From an uncultured Candidatus Saccharibacteria bacterium (GTDB lineage Bacteria; Patescibacteriota; Saccharimonadia; Saccharimonadales; Saccharimonadaceae): 64,000 nt of DNA. The stretch is taken from positions 63,946-127,945 of the forward strand of contig CAOLNK010000001.1 in assembly GCA_948477625.1 (NCBI GenBank), read 5' to 3'. Numbering within the stretch: position 1 is the first letter of the stretch; each line of letters opens with the position of its first letter. Under the pieces are notes generated by a model. The model was not told the origin of the DNA, made no database searches, and saw only the letters and a program-made list of their open reading frames with translations. The translations under genes were made by a program, and so were the position numbers. Positions 8,104 to 17,400 of the stretch are shown here, piece after piece.

Positions 8104-9054
8104 ATGCTTAAGAAAACTGCTAAAATTTTATCCATTCTGTTTTTCGCCATGACTTTCTCTCTTGGCCAGATATCGCCTGCCTCGGCGCTTGAGGCTGGCG
8201 ATATTGTCATTCAAATCAAACCCGCCGACCAAGAGATTGACCTTGCCCCGGGCAAGGTGGTGCGTAGCTCAATCACTGTGCAGAATGTGGGTCGCCTGCC
8301 TTTTACCTTCACAGTTTCCGCCAAACCGTACCAGGTCACCAACGAGAATTACGACCCTGATTTCGTTACCGAAAGCTCTTATACTAAGCTTCATAATTGG
8401 ATTACTTTTTCCCAAGATACTTTCCAGTTAGAGCCAGGTGCCTCACAGGATGTAGTTTTCACTATCACCGTGCCTGATGGTGTTCCTGGCGGCGGACAAT
8501 ACGCCGCTATCATCGCCGAAACCCGTGATAGCATGTCTGAAGATGCTAATGTGCGCATTATTAGCCAGTTAGCTTCGCTGATTTACGCGCACGTCGAGGG
8601 CGAAGAACATGTTGGTGGTGTCCTGATGAGCCACAGCCTGCCATCATTTTTGTTTGGCTCACCTTTTACTGCGCGCGTGACAGTCAAAAATGATGGCAAT
8701 GTTGACTTCCGCCTCACTCACAAGCTCAATATTCGCGATTTCTTCACCAATCGCGAGGTTCTCACCGAGACTTCAGTCGACGAGAATGGCAAGTTCCTTG
8801 CTAATGCCACTCCGATGATTTTGCCCGAAACTCAGCGTAGTAGTACTATCACTTGGGATGGCGCTCCGCAACTGGGCGTATTTAAAGTCACCCAGACTAT
8901 CTCCTTCCTTGACCAAACTTACACTTTCGATCAAGTTGTCATTCTGTGCCCAATTTGGCTGGCTGGTGCTGTTGCCTTCTTTGTCTTGCTGATTATCCTT
9001 TGGGTGATTTTGCGCCTATGCGGTCGCAAGCGCCGTCGCCCCCAAGTAATCTAA
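8104..9054 (+). CDS. cell-surface protein, DUF916/DUF3324 (CscA)-like with C-terminal TM anchor
   Basis: It has a signal peptide, two Ig-like halves (VVRSSITVQNVGRLPFTF and VTVKNDGNVDF), and a C-terminal TM followed by an RKRRR tail. Confidence 0.55.
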   Translation: MLKKTAKILSILFFAMTFSLGQISPASALEAGDIVIQIKPADQEIDLAPGKVVRSSITVQNVGRLPFTFTVSAKPYQVTNENYDPDFVTESSYTKLHNWITFSQDTFQLEPGASQDVVFTITVPDGVPGGGQYAAIIAETRDSMSEDANVRIISQLASLIYAHVEGEEHVGGVLMSHSLPSFLFGSPFTARVTVKNDGNVDFRLTHKLNIRDFFTNREVLTETSVDENGKFLANATPMILPETQRSSTITWDGAPQLGVFKVTQTISFLDQTYTFDQVVILCPIWLAGAVAFFVLLIILWVILRLCGRKRRRPQVI

Positions 9055-9082
9055 CGCAAAAAATAGCCTCACGGCTATTTGG

Positions 9083-9158
9083 TGGTGCGGGCGGTTGGGT
9101 TCGAACCAACGACCAAGCGGTTATGAGCCGCCTGCTCTAACCCCTGAGCTACGCCCGC
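9083..9158 (-). tRNA. tRNA-Met (anticodon CAT; elongator-type or Ile2 not distinguishable)
   Basis: Cloverleaf: acceptor GCGGGCG/CGCCCGC, anticodon loop CTCATAA, CCA encoded. G1-C72 argues against an initiator. Confidence 0.85.
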
Positions 9159-9345
9159 GTCCGAGAGAAGAGTGATGCTTGCATCAGCTTTTCCGAGGGC
9201 GCGAAGTAGTGGAGCTAAGCTCCGCTACGCCCGCATATGAACTATATTATATCATAGGTCCCTATTGCATAAATACCTTTTTCGCAAGGTCTAAGACTCG
9301 GGCTAGCGCCCAGGAGCGGCCCCAAGGAAAAGTGTATTCATGCGA
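9159..9345. repeat. intergenic palindromic repeat modules (shared with typA and tatD internal segments)
   Basis: A hairpin module at 9161-9205 resembles 17851-17893. A 41-nt GC-rich core at 9286-9326 matches 15271-15311 at about 35/41 positions. An 11-nt copy of the tRNA-Met 5' end lies at 9224-9234. Confidence 0.5.
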
Positions 9346-9371
9346 CAAGATTACTATGTTATAATATAACC

Positions 9372-9812
9372 ATGAGTGGGATAAGAGCTCGCGCACGCAA
9401 AACGCAGTATTGGCTTAAGCACGACCTGCTGGTTTTTGATAACGTTGTTTTGATTATTGCTTTTATCTTTTGTCTGATTTGGACTTGGGGGTCAATCTCT
9501 TCCATGTCGCGCAACTGGAATTTGGCTCAGGAGCTCATGAACCGTCGCCGTGAAAAGGCTCTACTTGAACTGGAAGTAGAAACACTTGAGCTAGAAAATG
9601 AGTATTATCTGTCTGCAGAATATCAAGAACTGGCCGCGCGTAAGTACCAAGGCAAGATGCTCGCTGGCGAAACTATGGTCTATCTCCCAGCCAATTCTGA
9701 CCGCGCTAAGCACAAACATGATACTGATGCCACATCTACCACAGTCGTCAATACCGAAGAAATGAGTAATCTTGCTCAGTGGATGGCCTTCCTTTTTGGG
9801 ATTAAATTGTAA
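9372..9812 (+). CDS. septum formation initiator (FtsB/DivIC-like) protein
   Basis: It has a single TM, a coiled coil (LELEVETLELENEYY) and the family-typical motif EYQELAARKYQGKMLAGETMVYL. The promoter is leaderless (TATAAT). Confidence 0.6.
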   Translation: MSGIRARARKTQYWLKHDLLVFDNVVLIIAFIFCLIWTWGSISSMSRNWNLAQELMNRRREKALLELEVETLELENEYYLSAEYQELAARKYQGKMLAGETMVYLPANSDRAKHKHDTDATSTTVVNTEEMSNLAQWMAFLFGIKL

Positions 9813-9933
9813 GGCTGGTTATATTTTGTAACTACAGATAGTACCCTTCGCAGGGATTATACTATAATTGTAGCACAGATAGGCATAAAAGTCAAGAGTT
9901 TTTGAAAGATTGGACTTATGGTAAAATATAACC

Positions 9934-10767
9934 ATGAGCGAATCGCAGGCGAATCACTTGAGCAAGAGGGAAAAATGCAAATCCAAAAAAGGCTTCACGT
10001 TTATCGAGGTCAGCATTTTCTTAGCAATCACCGGATTGTTACTGATAGGAGTTTTGGGTGGCACTTATTCCAATATTGCCCGCCAGCGCTATAACGATTC
10101 TGTGCGTTCTTTTGCTGAGTATTTCCGCCAGATTTACGCCGAAGTCATTAGCCCAGAAACTTTTGGCTCAGGCAACTCTAATGAATCAGCCATCTATGGC
10201 AAGGTGATTGTTTTTGGCTTAGAATCGCCTGATGATAGCGAGAATAAAGATCAAGATAATACTGTATATTCTGCCACTTTGGTTGGCGACGTGCATGTGC
10301 CTAATCATTCCAGTGGCTTCATTGACGAGCTAGGTCAGGTTAATGCGCGCCTATTCTGTGGTAATCCTAATGACGAAGATGAGGCCTCTAGTACATTGTC
10401 TACTTATACTCCACTTTGGGGCGCCAAGATCCACAATACCGAAGAAAAGCCCTTCCGTGGCACCATGATTATCTCTCGTTCGCCTACTTCTGGCACCGTT
10501 CATACTGCTTTCACGACGGAGCAATTCAATATCAAAGAGCATTGTACGCCCGATGACCAAAGCGCCAGTAGTCTCTTCCATACTGCCATCACCGAGACTC
10601 CACAGATTTTCTCGGCTAATCCATCCGAAAACGTTGATTTTTGTCTAGAATCCGAGAACAGCAACATCATCCGCGATATTCGTTTGCACCTTGGTGTGGA
10701 GGGTCGCAACACGTCATCGGTTAACATTGTGCCTGATGATCCGGAGGAATCAAAATGTCAACGCTAA
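9934..10767 (+). CDS. type IV pilin-like (prepilin-type N-terminal cleavage/methylation domain) protein
   Basis: KKG|FTFIEVSIFLAITGLLLIGVLG prepilin signature. Confidence 0.75.
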   Translation: MSESQANHLSKREKCKSKKGFTFIEVSIFLAITGLLLIGVLGGTYSNIARQRYNDSVRSFAEYFRQIYAEVISPETFGSGNSNESAIYGKVIVFGLESPDDSENKDQDNTVYSATLVGDVHVPNHSSGFIDELGQVNARLFCGNPNDEDEASSTLSTYTPLWGAKIHNTEEKPFRGTMIISRSPTSGTVHTAFTTEQFNIKEHCTPDDQSASSLFHTAITETPQIFSANPSENVDFCLESENSNIIRDIRLHLGVEGRNTSSVNIVPDDPEESKCQR

Positions 10768-11624
10768 AGTTAAATTACGCCTCCGCCAAACGCGGCGATA
10801 CTATCATTGAAGTCATGTTTGCTATCGCGGTATTCTGTTTAGTGGCAGTCTTGTCAATTACCATGATGAACCTTGGCGTCAATTCGGCTGAGAACGCTCT
10901 CGAAGTCGTCACGGCGCGCAACGAGCTCAACGCTCAGGCCGAAGCTCTGCGTTTTATCCATAGCTCGTATGTCTCCGAAAAAACTCTACCCTCACTGAGC
11001 GACCCTGCCTACAAACCGGGCGAGAAATATCAACAATATGAGTTGCTCTGGAATACGATTATCGAAAATGCCATTACTCCAGCCGAGGCCAAAGAAAGCG
11101 GCTTATTAGATTTGGCCGACACTATTAATAGCAATGACGATAGCGCGCAGGTTGCTGGCTGCGAGCGTGTTTACGAAGCTACCAACACTGGCACCATGCT
11201 CAGTCGCAACCACGCCTTTATTCTTAACACGCGCAACTTGAGCAGTCTTGACGCCAGTGGCCACGCCGATGTGAGTGTTTCTTATATCAGCGCCCGCGAA
11301 AATCCCGAATTCTTTAGTGCGGCACCATTGAACGCGCGTATCCTCTTCACTACTGCGGCGCGTTTTGACCAAATCAAAAACAACGGTGCTATATTTGATA
11401 GCGAAACCGACGAGAACTCCTCCGAAAAATTTACCGATGGTGCGCCCATCTATCGCTACGTCGCTCAGGCCGAAGGTATTTGGGTGATTGCGGTCACCGA
11501 TGGCAATGCCGACCCTCAATATTACGATTTCTACATCGAATCTTGCTGGTATGGTCCTAATACTACTTCGCCAACCGCACTCGACACTGTAATTCGCTTG
11601 TATAATCCGGAGAAGGTAAAATGA
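10755..11624 (+). CDS. pseudopilin/minor pilin-like protein
   Basis: Atypical prepilin N-terminus KRGDTIIEVMFAIAVFCLVAVL. The ORF overlaps its upstream and downstream pilin genes. Confidence 0.6.
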   Translation: MSTLKLNYASAKRGDTIIEVMFAIAVFCLVAVLSITMMNLGVNSAENALEVVTARNELNAQAEALRFIHSSYVSEKTLPSLSDPAYKPGEKYQQYELLWNTIIENAITPAEAKESGLLDLADTINSNDDSAQVAGCERVYEATNTGTMLSRNHAFILNTRNLSSLDASGHADVSVSYISARENPEFFSAAPLNARILFTTAARFDQIKNNGAIFDSETDENSSEKFTDGAPIYRYVAQAEGIWVIAVTDGNADPQYYDFYIESCWYGPNTTSPTALDTVIRLYNPEKVK

Positions 11625-12553
11625 AACTACAAAAACTCACCACTAAATCCAAAAAAGGCTTCACTATGGTTGAGCTCTCCATTACACTCGCCTTTATTGG
11701 CGTACTTTTGATTACGATAGCCATTATCACCACTAATATTGTCTCGATTTACCAAAAGGGCACCACCATCAAAGCTGTCAACAGTGTGGGGCGTGGCCTG
11801 ATTGACGAGCTAACTTCCGCTATTAATAGTGCCCCGTCGGTCGACACCACTAGCCTATGCAACAGCCTCGCACCCAACAATATCGATGCCTGCGTCAAAG
11901 ATCACGCTTTTTCTTATATTTTCCATGCTAGTCAAAACGAAGAAACTGGTGAGCAATATAATGGTATCTTTTGTACTGGTTACTATTCTTATATTTGGAA
12001 TACTTATTATAGCGCGACCGCTGAACAGAGCCACTCGCTTAAGCTGCGCTATCTCAATACTGACGGCGATGTAGTTACAACCGATGCTCCTCGATTGATG
12101 CGAATAGAAGATCGTAACTATCGCGTTTGTTCGGCCGTGATGGATTCTAGTGGAAATTACAAATCCAACTTCACCTCCAATATGACTATCGACATCACTA
12201 CATTGGCCCATTCCACATCCGACACACCATTGCCTAATCCTACCAAGACACCAACCGAAGGTATGCTCAATGAGTTTGATCTCGACCTGATGCTTTACGA
12301 ATTCACCGTTTTCCCGATCAGTCAAGACTCTGTCACTTTGCGCACGTACATGTCTGGCACCTTCATTCTAGCGACTTTGCGTGGCGACATTGATATTATG
12401 CGTAGTGGCGATTACTGCTCACTTGGCACCCAGTTTGAAGACAAGAACGGCAATATGGTGGGCGATACTAGTTCGCTCAATAATCTCGGTTCCGAATTTA
12501 ATTACTGTGCTATCAATAAATTTAATTTCGCCGCACGCACGGCAGGAGTATAA
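11621..12553 (+). CDS. type IV pilin-like protein
   Basis: KKG|FTMVELSITLAFIGVLLITIAI prepilin signature, with a 4-nt overlap with the previous gene. Confidence 0.75.
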   Translation: MKLQKLTTKSKKGFTMVELSITLAFIGVLLITIAIITTNIVSIYQKGTTIKAVNSVGRGLIDELTSAINSAPSVDTTSLCNSLAPNNIDACVKDHAFSYIFHASQNEETGEQYNGIFCTGYYSYIWNTYYSATAEQSHSLKLRYLNTDGDVVTTDAPRLMRIEDRNYRVCSAVMDSSGNYKSNFTSNMTIDITTLAHSTSDTPLPNPTKTPTEGMLNEFDLDLMLYEFTVFPISQDSVTLRTYMSGTFILATLRGDIDIMRSGDYCSLGTQFEDKNGNMVGDTSSLNNLGSEFNYCAINKFNFAARTAGV

Positions 12554-12560
12554 TATAGAT

Positions 12561-13778
12561 ATGAAACATAACCCTTATAGTTCCACCAAAAAAGGCGCCG
12601 CCTCACTCTATGTCGTGATTTTTGCCACCATTCTCTTTGGTGTCATCACGCTCAGCTTCATCCGGATCATCTTGTCCGAATCCAGCCAAAGCAGCAATGA
12701 CGACCTCTCGCAATCCGCTTACGACTCTGCTCTCGCTGGCGTCGAAGATGCCAAAATCGCCGTCAATCGTTATTATCAATGTCTGAGCAACGGTGGCACT
12801 CCCAATTCTTGTGGCTTTGATACACTATTCGATACACAATTCGGCGGCGACTGCGACGATTTCAAGCTCAAAGGCTATCTCGGTTATGATTACGAAGGCG
12901 AAGTCTTAATCCAAGAAAGTAACAGTAGTGCCTCTAGCAATAGCAATAATTCCGACCAAGCCTACACCTGCGTTATTCTCTCTAATGTAGTTTCGGATTA
13001 TCGCTCTACTTTAACTTCCGATACTCGCACGCGCGTCGTTCCGCTAGGCATCGGTGCTACTGATTTGGCCAAAGTGAAATCCGTCGAGTTCCGCTGGTAT
13101 TCCGAGATTAACGGCACTGAATTTAAGAACCTCGACCACAACGGTGCCTTAGCTGAAGCTAACCAGTCTACGACGCCGCCCACAATCTCGCTTACATTGC
13201 TCAAAACTTCAGCTACTTTCAACCTCGACAATTTCAATACTAGCGACAGTGGTGATTATAGCACTATGGTGCTCTTGCCGACTGCATCTGGTGGCGCCAA
13301 TACTCTCAGTCGCAACCAAGTTATTGCCGCCGGAAAATCCAATAAAACCAACGATAGCGGTGTCCCAGTCGCCAACACACCTTTCCAGATTAATTGCACC
13401 CATAATGAATTCGCTTGTAGTGTTACTCTCGACCTTTCTGGTGAACCATCCTTCTTTGAGGCTGGTGGCAATGCTATGCTTGTAGTCTCCTTACCATACG
13501 GCGATATTGTGACCGATTTTGCTGTCACCCTCCGTGACGCCAGTGGTAATATTATCCCATTTGAAAACGTCCAAATTAGCGTTGATTCTACTGGCCGCGG
13601 TAACCAACTCTTGCGCCGTGTTGAATCTCGCCTCGACCCAGCCGACATCTTCTTCCCGTATCCCCAATATGAGGTTGAACTTAGTGGCACCGACGAGGAA
13701 AGTCTCCTCAAGTACTTCTGGATTACCGCGAACTGCTGGACTGATCTTGGTACTTGTGCCAATAACGGTCGTCTATAA
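12561..13778 (+). CDS. PilX-N-like minor pilin / pilus tip-associated protein
   Basis: The start is set at MKHNPY. The N-terminus KKGAASLYVVIFATILFGVITLSF resembles the PilX N-terminal domain. It is the last gene of the pilin operon. Confidence 0.5.
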   Translation: MKHNPYSSTKKGAASLYVVIFATILFGVITLSFIRIILSESSQSSNDDLSQSAYDSALAGVEDAKIAVNRYYQCLSNGGTPNSCGFDTLFDTQFGGDCDDFKLKGYLGYDYEGEVLIQESNSSASSNSNNSDQAYTCVILSNVVSDYRSTLTSDTRTRVVPLGIGATDLAKVKSVEFRWYSEINGTEFKNLDHNGALAEANQSTTPPTISLTLLKTSATFNLDNFNTSDSGDYSTMVLLPTASGGANTLSRNQVIAAGKSNKTNDSGVPVANTPFQINCTHNEFACSVTLDLSGEPSFFEAGGNAMLVVSLPYGDIVTDFAVTLRDASGNIIPFENVQISVDSTGRGNQLLRRVESRLDPADIFFPYPQYEVELSGTDEESLLKYFWITANCWTDLGTCANNGRL

Positions 13779-13817
13779 CAAAATATGCTACAATAGTGAG
13801 AGTAATAAAGGAGTAAT

Positions 13818-14366
13818 ATGGTTAAAGAATTAGACCAATCAAGCAAGACTTGGAAAAACCTTGAGGCTGCCTTTGCTGGTGAATCTCAAGCTTCCATCAA
13901 ATACGGTTATTTCTCCTCCCGCGCCAAAAAAGATGGCTACGAGCAAATTTCCGCAATCTTTGACGAAACTTCCCACAACGAGCGCGAACATGCCAAAATG
14001 TGGTACAAATTCTTGCATGGTGGTGAAGTTGCCAACACTGCTACCAATCTCGAAGAAGCAGCTAAGGGCGAGAATTATGAGTGGACTACTATGTACGAAG
14101 ATTTCGCCAAGACTGCTCGCGAGGAGGGCTACGACGAAATTGCCGTTAAATTTGAGCAAGTTGCTGCCATTGAGAAGACCCACGAAGAACGCTATCTCAA
14201 ATTGCACAATGAAGTAGAACATGATGTCGTCTTCAAGAGTGATGAGGTCACCATCTGGAAGTGCCGCAACTGTGGCTACGTCTTCACTGGTGAAGAAGCC
14301 CCAGAGGTCTGCCCAGTTTGTGCGCACCCCAAGGCTTTCTTTGAGCGCCTAGCTGAGAATTACTAA
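13818..14366 (+). CDS. rbr: rubrerythrin
   Basis: It has a ferritin-like diiron domain (E..H motifs, NEREHAKMW) plus a C-terminal rubredoxin CxxC...CxxC (CRNCGY..CPVCAHP). Confidence 0.9.
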   Translation: MVKELDQSSKTWKNLEAAFAGESQASIKYGYFSSRAKKDGYEQISAIFDETSHNEREHAKMWYKFLHGGEVANTATNLEEAAKGENYEWTTMYEDFAKTAREEGYDEIAVKFEQVAAIEKTHEERYLKLHNEVEHDVVFKSDEVTIWKCRNCGYVFTGEEAPEVCPVCAHPKAFFERLAENY

Positions 14367-14394
14367 TATTTTCCAAAAGAGTCGGGGTTTAACC

Positions 14395-14423
14395 TTGACT
14401 TTTTTGATGAGGTGTGCTACAAT
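14395..14423 (+). promoter_or_regulatory. promoter of typA (TTGACT-17-TGcTACAAT)
   Basis: The -35 box is at 14395-14400 and the -10 box at 14418-14423. The leader is about 85 nt. Confidence 0.6.
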
Positions 14424-14512
14424 AAATATAAGTAAGCTCTGCTTGCCTAGTTTTTGAAGTGTCTAGCGCAAGAAGAACTCCAAATATTAGCCAAAATTAA
14501 AGAGAAAATCTT

Positions 14513-16393
14513 ATGACTCAAAACATTCGCAACATCGCAATTATTGCTCACGTCGACCACGGCAAAACTACGCTTGTGGACGGCTTGCTCAAGCAGTCGC
14601 GCACTTTTCGTGACAATCAGGCCGAAATGTCGCAAACCTTGATTATGGACTCCATGGATCAGGAGCACGAGCGGGGAATCACCATTACTGCCAAGCAAAC
14701 CTCAGTTTATTATAACGATTACAAAATCAACATTATCGACACTCCAGGCCACGCCGACTTTTCCGGTGAGGTGGAGCGCACACTCAATATGGCGGACGGT
14801 GTTCTCTTAGTGGTGGATGCCCAGGAAGGCCCAATGCCACAGACTAAGTTTGTCCTGCAAAAGGCACTCAGTCTCAAGCTTAAGCCGGTGGTGATTATCA
14901 ACAAAATTGACAAACCTGCTGCTCGCATCGACGAAGTGGAAAGCGAAATCGCCGACCTCTTCCTCGAGCTCGCCAGCGACGAGAGCCAGCTGAACTATCC
15001 GATTTATTATGCGATTGCTCGCGATGGCAAGGCCGGCAAGACTACTGATCTCGATGATGATTTGCACGTAATTTTTGAGTCCATTATTAATGATATTCCA
15101 GCACCAAAGATTGATGAGGATGCCTCTAAGGGTGCTCAGCTCTTAGTGGCGGCGCTCGCGGCGGACAACTACCTCGGCAAATACGCTATTGGCAAGATCT
15201 TCCGTGGCAAGCTCAAGAAGGGCGAAACTGTATCGGTCATACATCAACTGACAACGAATGAGTCTTCTGAAGGGTCTGAGACTCGGGCAAGCGCCCCGGA
15301 GCGGCCCGAAGAAGACTCGATCGTTATCACTAAGGCAAAAATTGATAAGATTTTTGTCTACAAGGGCTTAGGTAAGGAAGAAGTGCCCGAAGCCACCGCT
15401 GGCGACATCGTGGCTGTGTCTGGTATTGCTCGGGCTAACATCGGCGACACGATTGCTACCGGTGAGACTCCCGAGGCTTTGCCCACGATTGAACTTGAGC
15501 CGCCCACACTGAGTATCTATATTGGGCCAAACACCTCTCCGCTCAAGGGGCAAGAGGGCGAGTTTACTACTTCGCGCCAGATTGCCGAGCGCCTCGAGCG
15601 CGAATTGGAAACCAACATCGCTCTCAAAATTGTGCTTGATGGTTTGGGCTACAAAGTTTCTGGCCGCGGTGAGTTACATCTTTCGGTTTTGATTGAGACG
15701 ATGCGTCGCGAGGGCTACGAGCTTGAAACCGGCCGTCCCGAGGTAGTCTATAAGGAGGTTGACGGCGTCAAACAAGAGCCGGTGGAAGAGCTGACAATCG
15801 AAGTCGAGCCGGAATTTGTCGGCGCGGTCAGCCAGGAACTCGGTATTCGCAAAGCGGAGCTCAAGAGCCAGGAGATGACCAGCACTGGCGCCACCCGCTT
15901 TGTTTATGAAATTACTACTGCCGCCTTGATTGGTTTGCGTAACAATTTGCTCACCGCCACCAAAGGTACGGCGATTATGTCCACTTTGCCGAACGGCTAT
16001 CGTCCAGTGGAAGGGAAGTATAAGCCCGAACGTAATGGCGCTTTGATCGCCTTCGAGCCGGGCACCAGCACGGCCTATGCGCTTGATGCTGCTCAGGCGC
16101 GTGGTATTCTCTTTATCCCGCCTGGTGTGCCGGTGTATCAAGGTATGATTGTTGGTCTCAGCAACAAGAAAGATGACCTCGATATCAATGTTTGTAAGGA
16201 AAAGCAGCTCACCAACATGCGCACTCATGCTAGCGACGGTGCCATTCAGTTGACGCCCTATACGCAGTATTCGCTGGAGCAGTGCATCGACTTCTTGCTG
16301 GACGATGAACTTCTCGAAGTCACGCCCAAATCTCTCCGTTTACGCAAGCGTCAGCTTGATCCGGTCAAGCGTAAGCGTGAAGCTAGAGCATAG
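14513..16393 (+). CDS. typA: translational GTPase TypA/BipA (with about 24-aa extra segment)
   Basis: G1 motif AHVDHGKTT plus DTPGHADF and NKID. It is colinear with BipA throughout, except for the extra segment [23 protein letters not shown]. Confidence 0.95.
   Translation: MTQNIRNIAIIAHVDHGKTTLVDGLLKQSRTFRDNQAEMSQTLIMDSMDQEHERGITITAKQTSVYYNDYKINIIDTPGHADFSGEVERTLNMADGVLLVVDAQEGPMPQTKFVLQKALSLKLKPVVIINKIDKPAARIDEVESEIADLFLELASDESQLNYPIYYAIARDGKAGKTTDLDDDLHVIFESIINDIPAPKIDEDASKGAQLLVAALAADNYLGKYAIGKIFRGKLKKGETVSVIHQLTTNESSEGSETRASAPERPEEDSIVITKAKIDKIFVYKGLGKEEVPEATAGDIVAVSGIARANIGDTIATGETPEALPTIELEPPTLSIYIGPNTSPLKGQEGEFTTSRQIAERLERELETNIALKIVLDGLGYKVSGRGELHLSVLIETMRREGYELETGRPEVVYKEVDGVKQEPVEELTIEVEPEFVGAVSQELGIRKAELKSQEMTSTGATRFVYEITTAALIGLRNNLLTATKGTAIMSTLPNGYRPVEGKYKPERNGALIAFEPGTSTAYALDAAQARGILFIPPGVPVYQGMIVGLSNKKDDLDINVCKEKQLTNMRTHASDGAIQLTPYTQYSLEQCIDFLLDDELLEVTPKSLRLRKRQLDPVKRKREARA
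15260..15318. repeat. GC-rich palindromic module inserted in frame in typA
   Basis: The outer stem is GAGTCTTC/GAAGACTC. The 41-nt core at 15271-15311 is near-identical to intergenic 9286-9326. Confidence 0.55.
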
Positions 16394-16454
16394 AGTAAAT
16401 AATCCTCTCTGAAGGGGATTATTTTGCGCATCTCATCAAAAAGCATTAATACTA

Positions 16455-16483
16455 TTGACAAAATACACAATCCGTGCTACAAT
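16455..16483 (+). promoter_or_regulatory. consensus promoter P2 (TTGACA-17-TGcTACAAT)
   Basis: Nearly identical to P1, P3 and P4, including the downstream GGAAGTAT. It is followed by a ~115-nt hairpin-rich leader. Confidence 0.65.
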
Positions 16484-16612
16484 GGAAGTATAAGGCCGTA
16501 GTATACATACTACGGAGCCACAAGTTTTTTTATCAAAACCTAGTGGCTCTTATGAGCCTTAGGTAGATTAAAAGCTTGTGGTGTGAATATATTTATGAAG
16601 GAGGGTCATATT

Positions 16613-16969
16613 ATGACAGTTTTAGTTTTTGTAGTGGTTTTTATCATCGTTTGTATTTTCGGGCACAATTGTCTGGCTTTGTTATATAAGCAGAAAGAAG
16701 ACATTAAATCCGGAAAAATTGGCATGATGGATGGTAATACTCCATTAATTTGGGCCGGGGTTCTGTTCTTGTATCCGTGCGCTGCCGCCATGATAACGTG
16801 CAAAATCTGTGGGATGGGGTTCAATTCCGACAGAGGTATTATCGCGACTTCTGTATTCTATATGTTGTACAGTTTTGTTGTCTTGGTGCCATGGGTGCTT
16901 TTTAAACCGGCTTGTTTCCATGTACTTAAATACGTGGAAGCTTGTTTCTGGAAAAATAACAAAAATTAG
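16613..16969 (+). CDS. small hypothetical membrane protein (118 aa, 3-4 TM, Cys-rich)
   Basis: The start is at MTVLV, 8 nt after a GAAGGAGGG SD. A terminator follows. Confidence 0.55.
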   Translation: MTVLVFVVVFIIVCIFGHNCLALLYKQKEDIKSGKIGMMDGNTPLIWAGVLFLYPCAAAMITCKICGMGFNSDRGIIATSVFYMLYSFVVLVPWVLFKPACFHVLKYVEACFWKNNKN

Positions 16970-16995
16970 TTACATTGTGTAAACACCACAAAGCA

Positions 16996-17025
16996 AAAAC
17001 CGCCCAGCACCATCGGGCGGTTTTT
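16996..17025. terminator. bidirectional rho-independent terminator
   Basis: aaaaaccgccc...gggcggttttt. Confidence 0.75.
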
Positions 17026-17044
17026 CAAATGTTACTCATCCTCT

Positions 17045-17286
17045 CCACTCTACATGTCTAATACAGTACTAAGGCAGCGGAGGGGGAAACCGAGGTAGCG
17101 CTCGTACGGGCCATTCGACGTGTACACTGTGGAGGCATCGAAGCCGAGGCTGTAACCGCTAGGGATAGCAGAGCCATCATAGCGAGTAGATGACGCCCGC
17201 GACGACCACCCGTAGCCGTTGATGCCAGAGCCCCTGAAGGTAGCACCACTAACACCAGGCAGACTCATGAGCCCGCTGCGCACGAA
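17045..17286 (-). repeat. lectin-like cassette copy B
   Basis: It encodes VRSG..GINGYGWSSR..GFPLRCLSTVLDM*. The 48-nt 3' flank matches copies C and D with one mismatch, and the 5' junction is TTCGTGCGCAGCGGG. Confidence 0.7.
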
Positions 17287-17312
17287 GTAAAGAAACGAGT
17301 TCTGTTCGGGAT

Positions 17313-17339
17313 AAAAGTTGATAGTTACTATCAACTTTT
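17313..17339. promoter_or_regulatory. operator-like perfect palindrome 1 (AAAAGTTGATAG-tta-CTATCAACTTTT)
   Basis: 12-bp arms with a 3-nt centre. It overlaps a TTGATA-17-TATACT promoter-like signal pointing toward copy C. Confidence 0.45.
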
Positions 17340-17370
17340 ATATACTACTCGCCCCCGTTACTATATTCGT

Positions 17371-17395
17371 AAACTTGATAGTAGCTATCAAGTTT
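17371..17395. promoter_or_regulatory. operator-like perfect palindrome 2 (AAACTTGATAG-tag-CTATCAAGTTT)
   Basis: 11-bp arms with the same TTGATAG/CTATCAA core as palindrome 1. The two centres are 57 bp apart. Confidence 0.45.
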
Positions 17396-17400
17396 ACTGT

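Noticed and set aside
9179-9364. A 61-aa ORF in the tRNA-Met/ftsB-like intergenic region.
   Set aside because: It is composed of the repeat modules shared with typA and tatD, it has no SD or promoter logic, and it runs into the next gene's promoter. Its resemblance to the typA insert (TRASA.ERP) reflects shared repeat DNA.
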